Shown here: positions 57,739 through 63,939 of the stretch, one piece after another | Layout of the letters: each line of letters starts with the position of its first letter | Position numbering within the stretch: position 1 is the first letter of the stretch | DNA from: a virus | Lineage: Duplodnaviria; Heunggongvirae; Uroviricota; Caudoviricetes | Virus record (IMG/VR): IMGVR_UViG_3300033463_000048 | Location: 39,434 to 103,433 of that record | Direction: 5' to 3' (one strand) | DNA: 64,000 nt | Notes under the pieces: model-generated | What the model was told of the DNA's origin: nothing | What the model saw: the letters and a program-made list of their open reading frames with translations, nothing else | The model's database searches: none | Made by a program: the position numbers and the translations under genes

Positions 57739-57984
57739 ATGGAACATCTTATCCCTGAAGAATTTAACTCTAAAGAATTTAACTACAACATTGAACTTTG
57801 TATGGAAGTTGTAGAAAAATTCCATAGAATTCAGTTGATTGATAGCGATCTTGCTGCTGCAATTATTCCTACTCTAATCGATAATTATGCAGATGGACTT
57901 GGTATTGATGCAGTTGAATTTGCAAAAACTCTTGTCCCATTGATTGAAACCAATCACCGTGAAAACCCGGAATTATACAAATAA
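57739..57984 (+). CDS. hypothetical acidic protein
   Basis: 81 aa. Confidence 0.4.
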   Translation: MEHLIPEEFNSKEFNYNIELCMEVVEKFHRIQLIDSDLAAAIIPTLIDNYADGLGIDAVEFAKTLVPLIETNHRENPELYK

Positions 57985-58026
57985 AATTTGAAAAAGTTTT
58001 AAAATTATTGTATAATTTATTTAGAA
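57982..58026 (+). promoter_or_regulatory. conserved promoter-family member
   Basis: ttgaaa 57988-93, tataat 58011-16, spacer 17, then TTATTTAGAAAGTTGAGAGAG. Confidence 0.65.
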
Positions 58027-58061
58027 AGTTGAGAGAGAATTAAAAAGAAAGGAGAGTAAGA

Positions 58062-58475
58062 ATGGGACTTGATATGGGTGTAGTAGTGGAACGTTATCCT
58101 GAAACTACGGTAAAAACTATTGGAATGAATCGTCTGTTTAAGAAAACTGACCAGGCGGTTTATGAAGATTCGAATTTTAAAAAGCCGCTTACAGAAGTAA
58201 TATATTTTCGTAATGCGTATGAAATCCGCAATCGTCTTTCGAGAGTTATCGCACACAACCATTTTTGGGGAGAGTTCGCCCATAAGGGTGGATATGCTAT
58301 TCTTACTCTTCGTGATGTTGCGCGCTTCATCGAAGTTCTTGATGAAATGAGCAAAGAAAAAGAGAATGATGATTATTACATTCCTACAAAAGAAGATGTG
58401 CGTAACATGAAAATTCTTTATCGCTTTATGAAACTTAATCCTAACGCTTCTGTTAAGTATTATGACTCTTTTTAA
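58062..58475 (+). CDS. hypothetical protein
   Basis: 137 aa. Confidence 0.45.
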   Translation: MGLDMGVVVERYPETTVKTIGMNRLFKKTDQAVYEDSNFKKPLTEVIYFRNAYEIRNRLSRVIAHNHFWGEFAHKGGYAILTLRDVARFIEVLDEMSKEKENDDYYIPTKEDVRNMKILYRFMKLNPNASVKYYDSF

Positions 58476-58487
58476 AGGAGAAATAGT

Positions 58488-58688
58488 ATGGACGAAAGAT
58501 ATAAGGAATTAATGCGCGCTCAACGCAAGTATGATAATTTAATTACTCTAATAGATAGTGGTGAATATAAGCCTACTGCAAGAGATTTTAGAGAGCTAGA
58601 GCACGCAAAAAAGGATTTGGAGTCTGCATATGCAGATACATATATTTTTGAGGAAATTATAGATAAGGAGAATTATAATGAAAACTAA
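58488..58688 (+). CDS. hypothetical protein
   Basis: 66 aa. Confidence 0.35.
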   Translation: MDERYKELMRAQRKYDNLITLIDSGEYKPTARDFRELEHAKKDLESAYADTYIFEEIIDKENYNEN

Positions 58689-58850
58689 AACCGTACCTGC
58701 ACTGATGCCCACTAGGAAAGCACGTCGCGCGAGAGCAAAGAACAATATGTATGATGTACCTCATTTGTTTAAGCGTACTTCAGCGCGCAATGCAAAGCGT
58801 CAGAGTTATTTCTCACTTCATTGGAGAGAGGCGGTAATGTTTGATGAGTG
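58678..58850 (+). CDS. small basic protein (MKTKTVPALMPTRKARRARAKNNMYD...)
   Basis: 57 codons, Arg/Lys-rich; below the ORF-track cutoff. Confidence 0.3.
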
Positions 58851-59161
58851 ATTTTGAGAACCAACTTCAAATTATTCTTTCAAAACATATTCTCGTTTTT
58901 ACACCCGACTATCACGTTGTAGTATATAGTTGGCGCGCCATGCAAGAATTAGCGGAATACTTCAAAACTTACCAAAGCGCGCACACAGATTTTCTATATA
59001 CCTCTATGGCGCAGTCTACTGCGCCTGGGGATTATGCTGGCGCGGATGCGTGGGGCGCATTTAGTTGGGTAGATAATGGTGAAATTAAAATGTTTGGATT
59101 AAATTTTATGCAGGAAGCGCAGGAAAATAGATTTAAGCAATTTAATTCCACTTCTAATTGA
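58841..59161 (+). CDS. hypothetical protein
   Basis: 106 aa; last ORF before long non-coding region. Confidence 0.4.
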   Translation: MMSDFENQLQIILSKHILVFTPDYHVVVYSWRAMQELAEYFKTYQSAHTDFLYTSMAQSTAPGDYAGADAWGAFSWVDNGEIKMFGLNFMQEAQENRFKQFNSTSN

Positions 59162-59303
59162 ACTCATTAGTTTACGGAAAACCGCGAACTAATGGGTTCG
59201 CGAGATAAGTTCAACTCTTATATGAGTTATTGGTTTGACTTTATTTGACTCCTTTCTTTAGTTGTACCTCTTTCTTACAGCGCGGACGAGAGTTCGCGCA
59301 CCT

Positions 59304-59381
59304 GGGGGTAAGAATGGTTTCGACTACGCTTAAACCCAAAGTGGACTGCGTAGGACGCGGGATCGTAACCCGCTACCTCCA
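59304..59381 (+). ncRNA. non-canonical tRNA-like element (candidate tRNA mimic/Y-RNA-like module)
   Basis: Acceptor-like GGGGGTA/TACCTCC plus discriminator A. T-arm GCGGG-ATCGTAA-CCCGC. Internal CTACGC-18 nt-GCGTAG stem instead of a canonical anticodon arm. Lies within an ORF-free GC-rich segment. Confidence 0.4.
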
Positions 59382-59571
59382 CTCAGGAAGACCATCCCAT
59401 CGCGGCGTATGATCTTCTACCGTTATCATGAATTTCGAGTACTTAAACTACCACCGGCACTCAACTTAGGCGTCCTTGAGATATGCGAGTCAGTGATATG
59501 TGGCATTTAGTGGGGAACGGTATATAAGAACGCAAAGTAAAGTACTCCTCTCTTTGAGAGAATTAAAATTT

Positions 59572-59616
59572 TAAAATTTGAAAAAGTTTTAAAATTTTGG
59601 TATAATTTTTATAGAA
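59572..59616 (+). promoter_or_regulatory. conserved promoter-family member
   Basis: ttgaaa 59578-83, tataat 59601-06, spacer 17, then TTTTATAGAAAGTTGAGAGAG. Confidence 0.65.
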
Positions 59617-59655
59617 AGTTGAGAGAGAAATCTCACTTTATATTACAACAATATC

Positions 59656-59725
59656 GCGGAGTAGAGGAGAGGAACCTTGCTAGGCCCATAACCTAGAGAC
59701 GCGAGTTCGAATCTCGCCTTCCGCA
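59656..59725 (+). tRNA. tRNA-Met/Ile2-like (anticodon CAT) with short D-arm
   Basis: T-arm GCGAG-TTCGAAT-CTCGC, anticodon arm CTAGG-CCCATAA-CCTAG, acceptor GCGGAGT/CTTCCGC with one mismatch. Confidence 0.5.
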
Positions 59726-59729
59726 ATCA

Positions 59730-60110
59730 AAGGTGCACACAGCAAACTTTTTAAACAAGCATATGATTAGGGATCATATCCTCCACAATAGGATAAGCGA
59801 AGTTGGCGCCTTGTATTTTTAACTTAAAAGCACTTACTGCAATTTTAAAACCGCCGAAAGGCTCCACAGATTAAAGATGAAAATGCAACTTTAGTGGCAT
59901 CCTGCCATAAACTTAAAAAAGTGCTTTGGAATTTTTAAAACTTAAAAGCTCACCCAGCAAACTTAAATTGGGATAATAAAACAACATTGTGAACGCTGTT
60001 TTTAAGTGGTTCAAGTCCACTATAAAGAGCTTTGTAAATTGAAAAGAAACTTAAACGCCCTTTCTGCAATCTTAAAAAATAGCTTAAAGGTAAAGCAATT
60101 CACTTGTAAT
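59730..60110 (+). repeat. array of degenerate 30-45-nt repeats (AACTTAAAAGC..C(A/T)GCAAAC/CTGCAAT.. units) with embedded tRNA-arm-like hairpins
   Basis: Units gcacacagcaaac, gcacttactgcaat, gctcacccagcaaac, gccctttctgcaat each preceded by aactt-aaaag. T-arm-like GTGGTTCAAGTCCAC at ~60005. No ORF of 60 aa or longer on either strand. Confidence 0.5.
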
Positions 60111-60160
60111 GAATATATGCGGTTCGAATCCGTTTTTGGGCGTTGTATTTTTACTAAACT
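60063..60160 (+). other. degenerate tRNA-like sequence (anticodon-arm ATTCA-CTTGTAA-TGAAT; T-loop GCGG-TTCGAAT-CCGT)
   Basis: Imperfect acceptor pairing; probably a decayed tRNA or tRNA-like RNA. Confidence 0.3.
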
Positions 60161-60175
60161 TAAAGGAGAATTCTT

Positions 60176-61765
60176 ATGTCAGATTTTTGGTCACTTATGA
60201 AAAACGAAGATAATTACACATATACAGAGAATGGCGCAGTAGCATATAAGAGTTCTCTTAATAAGTGTTTGGATATGTTTGCAACCTTCGGCGCTTTGAG
60301 AAAAGAGTCCGATTGGTCAACATATACGCAGATATTCCTCGATGCAATTGCTGAGGATCCTGTAACTGCAATGAAGGTTTTGTTCTATGTGCGTGATATT
60401 CGTGGTGGACAGGGCGCACGTACAATCTTCCGTAAGTGTATGGAAGCTCTCGTAAATACTCATACGGATTATCTTAAGGCTGTAATTGAGTTAATTCCTG
60501 AGTATGGTAGATGGGATGACCTTTTTGTACTAATTAAATACCGTAATAGAGAAGTAAATCAGATTATTCTTGAGTTCATTGCTAAGACCCTTACAACTGA
60601 TCTCTGTGGATTATCTAATACACTTCTTGCAAAGTGGATGCCTTCAGAGTCTGCCTCAAATGTAGAGCAGAAGAAGTTGGCTGCATACTTTACAAATAGA
60701 CTTTTCAATGGAGATAAGAGAACTTATCGTAAGACAATTTCTCGTCTTCGTGAGAATAGTCATATTGTAGAGACTTCAATGTCCGCAAATAAGTGGGATA
60801 TTGATTTCTCAAAGGTGCCTTCACGGGCATCTCTAAAATATAAAGACGCCTTCTATAACCACAATCCTGAGGGTTATACAAAGTATCTGTATGATGTCGC
60901 AACCGGTAAGGCTAAGATTAATGCGGCTGCTTTGTTCCCAGTAGATATTGTAGAAAAGGCTCAGATAACTTCTCTTAGCGATAAGAGAAATGTTATCACC
61001 CTTGATGCAATGTGGAAGGCTCTTCCTAACTACCTTGAAGGTAAGGAAGAAACTGGATTGTGTGTTGTAGACGTTTCCGGTTCCATGAGTGGAACACCTT
61101 TGAACGTTGCTTTGTCACTTGGCTTGTACTGTGCAGAGCGCGCGAAGGGTCCTTACAATGGAAAGTTTATTACATTCTCTGAGAGACCTCAGATGGTTGA
61201 AGTTCGCGGCAAGAATCTTGTCGAGAAGCTTCAGAATATGAATCGCGCGCATTGGGATATGAATACAAATATCGAAGCGGTATTTGATTTGATTCTCGAT
61301 ACGGCAATTCGTAATAAGCTTCCACAGTCTGATATTCCTTCAAAGTTGTATATCATTAGTGATATGCAGTTTGACGCAGCAAGAAATGAGTATGGTTCTT
61401 GGTACGGTTATCGCCGTAAGCCAAGAGCTAACGAAAGAACCTTTATGACAACCATAAAGGAGAAGTTTGCTCGTGCGGGCTATGATATGCCACTTCTTGT
61501 GTACTGGAATGTAAGACCAAGTAAGGCGGGAATGTTTCAGGAAACCGTCGGTGGTGAACAGTGCTGTATGGTTAGCGGGTTCTCTCCTTCGTTGTTCAAG
61601 GCTGTAATTGAAGGCACTTCTTACGAAGAGCAGGTAATTACAACCGAAACGGGCGAGAAGAAGACCGTTACCGTACAGAAGCTGAACCCATTGGATATGA
61701 TGATGAAGACATTGTCAAATCCAAGATACGATGCGGTTGGTGAAGCAATGAAGGCGTTTAGTTAA
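60176..61765 (+). CDS. Ro60/TROVE-like RNA-binding protein with C-terminal vWA (MIDAS DxSGS) domain
   Basis: N-terminus GAVAYKSSLNKCLDMFATFGAL and VLFYVRDIRGGQGARTIF fit a TROVE-like pattern. The vWA MIDAS motif is CVVDVSGSMSGTPL. The C-terminal CCMVSGFSPSLFKAVI parallels Ro60 MCGFDTGALDVI. Total length 529 aa. Confidence 0.5.
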   Translation: MSDFWSLMKNEDNYTYTENGAVAYKSSLNKCLDMFATFGALRKESDWSTYTQIFLDAIAEDPVTAMKVLFYVRDIRGGQGARTIFRKCMEALVNTHTDYLKAVIELIPEYGRWDDLFVLIKYRNREVNQIILEFIAKTLTTDLCGLSNTLLAKWMPSESASNVEQKKLAAYFTNRLFNGDKRTYRKTISRLRENSHIVETSMSANKWDIDFSKVPSRASLKYKDAFYNHNPEGYTKYLYDVATGKAKINAAALFPVDIVEKAQITSLSDKRNVITLDAMWKALPNYLEGKEETGLCVVDVSGSMSGTPLNVALSLGLYCAERAKGPYNGKFITFSERPQMVEVRGKNLVEKLQNMNRAHWDMNTNIEAVFDLILDTAIRNKLPQSDIPSKLYIISDMQFDAARNEYGSWYGYRRKPRANERTFMTTIKEKFARAGYDMPLLVYWNVRPSKAGMFQETVGGEQCCMVSGFSPSLFKAVIEGTSYEEQVITTETGEKKTVTVQKLNPLDMMMKTLSNPRYDAVGEAMKAFS

Positions 61766-61787
61766 AACCTAAACGCCTTTTTCTTTT
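61751..61787 (+). terminator. rho-independent terminator overlapping the stop codon and abutting tRNA-Asp
   Basis: aaggcgtttag-ttaaaac-ctaaacgcctt followed by tttcttttg. Confidence 0.75.
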
Positions 61788-61859
61788 GGTTCTATGGTAT
61801 AACGGTTAGAATGTCGCGCTGTCAACGCGGAGACGGGAGTTCAACTCTCCCTAGAACCG
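61788..61859 (+). tRNA. tRNA-Asp (GTC)
   Basis: Acceptor GGTTCTA/TAGAACC, anticodon loop CTGTCAA, T-arm GGGAG-TTCAACT-CTCCC. Confidence 0.8.
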
Positions 61860-61864
61860 TCTAT

Positions 61865-61937
61865 GGTGGAAGTGGCAGATAGGCAATGCGCTAGATTGTG
61901 GCTCTAGTTTATGCGAGTTCAAATCTCGTCTTCTACC
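61865..61937 (+). tRNA. tRNA-His (GTG) with encoded G-1 and C73
   Basis: Extra 5' G, acceptor GTGGAAG/CTTCTAC, anticodon arm CTAGA-TTGTGGC-TCTAG, T-arm GCGAG-TTCAAAT-CTCGT. Confidence 0.8.
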
Positions 61938-61945
61938 TTTAATAT

Positions 61946-62025
61946 GGGCGTGTAGCCTAATTGGCTGAGGCAGCAAACTGTTAATTTGTCCTTCGGGAAT
62001 GTGGGTTCAAGTCCCACCGCGCCCG
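61946..62025 (+). tRNA. tRNA-Asn (GTT)-like with extended 11-nt variable region
   Basis: Acceptor GGGCGTG/CGCGCCC, D-arm GCCT-AATTGGCTG-AGGC, anticodon loop CTGTTAA, T-arm GTGGG-TTCAAGT-CCCAC. Confidence 0.55.
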
Positions 62026-62035
62026 CTTATAAAAT

Positions 62036-62117
62036 GCGCGTATCGCCTAGTGGTAGGGCACATGACTTTTAATCATGCGGATATAATCCATCGGTGGTTC
62101 GAATCCACTTGCGCGCA
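62036..62117 (+). tRNA. tRNA-Lys (TTT)-like with long 15-nt variable arm
   Basis: Acceptor GCGCGTA/TGCGCGC, anticodon arm CATGA-CTTTTAA-TCATG, T-arm GGTGG-TTCGAAT-CCACT. Confidence 0.55.
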
Positions 62118-62204
62118 GTAAATTTTGAACCCTGTTTTAAACTATTATATTTATTTATTAACAATTTTACTTATAGTTAGAAAATAAATAGGAGGCTCAA
62201 TAAA

Positions 62205-62816
62205 ATGAGTAATAGTAAATCAGTGGTTAATCATATCAAAAAAAGAAAAAGAGATTTGGTAAGACTTTTTGGAGGGAAATGCTGTATTTGTGGTTTTGAT
62301 AAATATCCAGAGGCTTTAGAATTCCATCATATTAATCCCGAAGAGAAAGAGTTTGGTTTAATGGAGAAAGGTGCAACAACAAAAGCTTTGGAAAAACAAT
62401 TAAAAGAGCTAAAAAAATGCATTATGGTTTGTTCTAATTGTCATAAAGGCATTCATGCTGGAAGAATTGAGTTACCAACAGAAGTTCCTGGGTACGATGA
62501 AGAAATTGCTGAAGAACTACTAAGAGAAAACTACCGAATTAAACATGGACAGCAATTTTATTGTCCTCGATGCGGGGCGCCTGTAAGTACGAAAGGTGTT
62601 CATTGTATTCCATGTTCAAATCTTTTATCTAGAAAAGTAGATAGACCGAGCAGAGAAGAATTAAAAGAACTTATTCGAAATGTTGCCTTTACAAAAATTG
62701 CTGAAAAATTTGGTGTCTCAGACAATGCAGTTCGTAAATGGTGTAAAACATATAATTTACCATCAAAGAAAAAAGAAATATCCAATTATTCAGATGAAGA
62801 TTGGGAAAAAATTTAG
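62205..62816 (+). CDS. HNH homing endonuclease with C-terminal HTH
   Basis: CCICG...LEFHHINPEEKEF...CSNCH HNH core; second Cys4 cluster; C-terminal IAEKFGVSDNAVRKWC. Confidence 0.8.
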   Translation: MSNSKSVVNHIKKRKRDLVRLFGGKCCICGFDKYPEALEFHHINPEEKEFGLMEKGATTKALEKQLKELKKCIMVCSNCHKGIHAGRIELPTEVPGYDEEIAEELLRENYRIKHGQQFYCPRCGAPVSTKGVHCIPCSNLLSRKVDRPSREELKELIRNVAFTKIAEKFGVSDNAVRKWCKTYNLPSKKKEISNYSDEDWEKI

Positions 62817-62821
62817 TAAAT

Positions 62822-62893
62822 GCTCCTATAGTTTAATTGGTAAAATAAAAGCCTTGTAATCTTTAGTTCTCCGTTCGATTCGGAGTGGGAGCT
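62822..62893 (+). tRNA. tRNA-Thr (TGT)-like
   Basis: Acceptor GCTCCTA/TGGGAGC, anticodon loop CTTGTAA with weak stem, T-arm CTCCG-TTCGATT-CGGAG. Confidence 0.55.
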
Positions 62894-62944
62894 TTTCCGC
62901 ACGGAATAGGTGCGAGCTACGCGCCGTATCTATTTTGTGTATAT

Positions 62945-63029
62945 GCCGGATTGGAGTAATTGGTTATCTCAAGGACCTGCTAAGTCCTCCCACTGAAAGG
63001 TGGTGTGCGTTCGAGTCGCGCATCCGGCG
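62945..63029 (+). tRNA. tRNA-Ser (GCT), class II
   Basis: Acceptor GCCGGAT/ATCCGGC, anticodon arm AGGAC-CTGCTAA-GTCCT, long variable arm CCCACTGAAAGGTGG, T-arm GTGCG-TTCGAGT-CGCGC. Confidence 0.8.
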
Positions 63030-63034
63030 CTTAT

Positions 63035-63109
63035 GTGTACGTACCCAAGTGGTTTAAGGGGCTGGACTGCAACTCCAGTATTTCGTGAGTTCGAATCTCA
63101 CCGTACACT
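63035..63109 (+). tRNA. tRNA-Cys (GCA)
   Basis: Acceptor GTGTACG/CGTACAC, anticodon arm CTGGA-CTGCAAC-TCCAG, T-arm GTGAG-TTCGAAT-CTCAC. Confidence 0.8.
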
Positions 63110-63114
63110 CTTAT

Positions 63115-63196
63115 GCTGCGTGTCCGGGCGGTGAGGGAGCGGTCTTGAAAATCGTTGGCTTGAAAGGGCTTGTAGGTTCGAATCCTATGCGCAGCG
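63115..63196 (+). tRNA. tRNA-Ser (TGA)-like
   Basis: Acceptor GCTGCGT/GCGCAGC, anticodon loop CTTGAAA, wobble-rich variable arm, T-arm GTAGG-TTCGAAT-CCTAT; D-arm irregular. Confidence 0.5.
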
Positions 63197-63202
63197 CTCT
63201 AT

Positions 63203-63276
63203 GGAAGCGTAATTCAGTTGGTCAGAATGCTCGTCTGATAAGCGAGTTGTCGGTAGTTCGAGTCTACCCGTTTCCA
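63203..63276 (+). tRNA. tRNA-Ile (GAT)
   Basis: Acceptor GGAAGCG/CGTTTCC, D-arm ATTC-AGTTGGTCA-GAAT, anticodon loop CTGATAA, T-arm GGTAG-TTCGAGT-CTACC. Confidence 0.8.
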
Positions 63277-63281
63277 CTTAT

Positions 63282-63353
63282 GCGGCCGTGGTGTAATGGT
63301 AGCATAGCGGTCTCCAAAACCGCGAGATTAGAGTTCAAATCTCTACGGTCGTG
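63282..63353 (+). tRNA. tRNA-Trp (CCA)
   Basis: Anticodon arm GCGGT-CTCCAAA-ACCGC, T-arm TAGAG-TTCAAAT-CTCTA, acceptor GCGGCCG/CGGTCGT (two G-U). Confidence 0.75.
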
Positions 63354-63377
63354 TATTTTAAATAGGTAGGTAAACTT

Positions 63378-63794
63378 ATGATAAAAAAGTGTTTAATTTG
63401 TGGAAATGAATTTGAAACAATCGAGCATGGTGAAGCAAGGAAATATTGTTTTGAGTGTTCACCTTCTTATAAAAAAGGAGATAATGTTGGCAGAGCCAAT
63501 ACTATTACTGCGATTAGGCACGCCTTAAAAAACGAATTAATTAAAAGAAAGGGCGGTGCTTGCGAGAAGTGCGGATATAATAGATGTTATGCTAGCCTTG
63601 AATTTCATCATTTAAACCCTGAAGAAAAAGAATTTACTATAAGTGAATACTGTTCGGGGAATAATGTTAGGGTTGAGTTGGCTCTTGAAGAAATTAAAAA
63701 GTGCGCTTTATTGTGTGCTAATTGTCATCGTGAATTCCATGACTTAAATACAAAAGAAAATATTACTTATGAAGAGTTTTTAAATGCTCAGTAA
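63378..63794 (+). CDS. HNH homing endonuclease (paralogue of 62205..62816)
   Basis: CLICG...LEFHHLNPEEKEF...CANCH; stop codon overlaps first bases of tRNA-Phe. Confidence 0.8.
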   Translation: MIKKCLICGNEFETIEHGEARKYCFECSPSYKKGDNVGRANTITAIRHALKNELIKRKGGACEKCGYNRCYASLEFHHLNPEEKEFTISEYCSGNNVRVELALEEIKKCALLCANCHREFHDLNTKENITYEEFLNAQ

Positions 63795-63858
63795 GCTAAT
63801 CAGGTGAAAGCGCCTGCCTGAAGAGCAGGAGAGTCTGGTTCGATACCAGAACTGAGCA
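63786..63858 (+). tRNA. tRNA-Phe (GAA)
   Basis: Acceptor GCTCAGT/ACTGAGC, anticodon arm CCTGC-CTGAAGA-GCAGG, T-arm TCTGG-TTCGATA-CCAGA. Confidence 0.75.
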
Positions 63859-63861
63859 TCT

Positions 63862-63933
63862 ATCCCCGTAGGCTAATGGAAAGACCGATTGGCTACGAAC
63901 CAATTAGTATCAGTTCGACTCTGGTTGGGGATG
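63862..63933 (+). tRNA. tRNA-Arg (ACG)
   Basis: Acceptor ATCCCCG/TGGGGAT, anticodon arm ATTGG-CTACGAA-CCAAT, T-arm ATCAG-TTCGACT-CTGGT. Confidence 0.7.
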
Positions 63934-63939
63934 TATAAT

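Noticed and set aside
59161-59560. Group I or II intron, or tmRNA, in the GC-rich ORF-free segment
   Set aside because: No interrupted host gene flanks it. No recognisable P7/P3 or domain V motifs were found. No tmRNA tag reading frame or CCA-proximal tRNA-like end is present. It is kept only as a candidate structured ncRNA.
59990-60030. Complete tRNA ending with T-arm AGTGG-TTCAAGT-CCACT
   Set aside because: No complementary 5' acceptor strand or anticodon arm lies upstream. It was treated as a tRNA fragment within the degenerate array.
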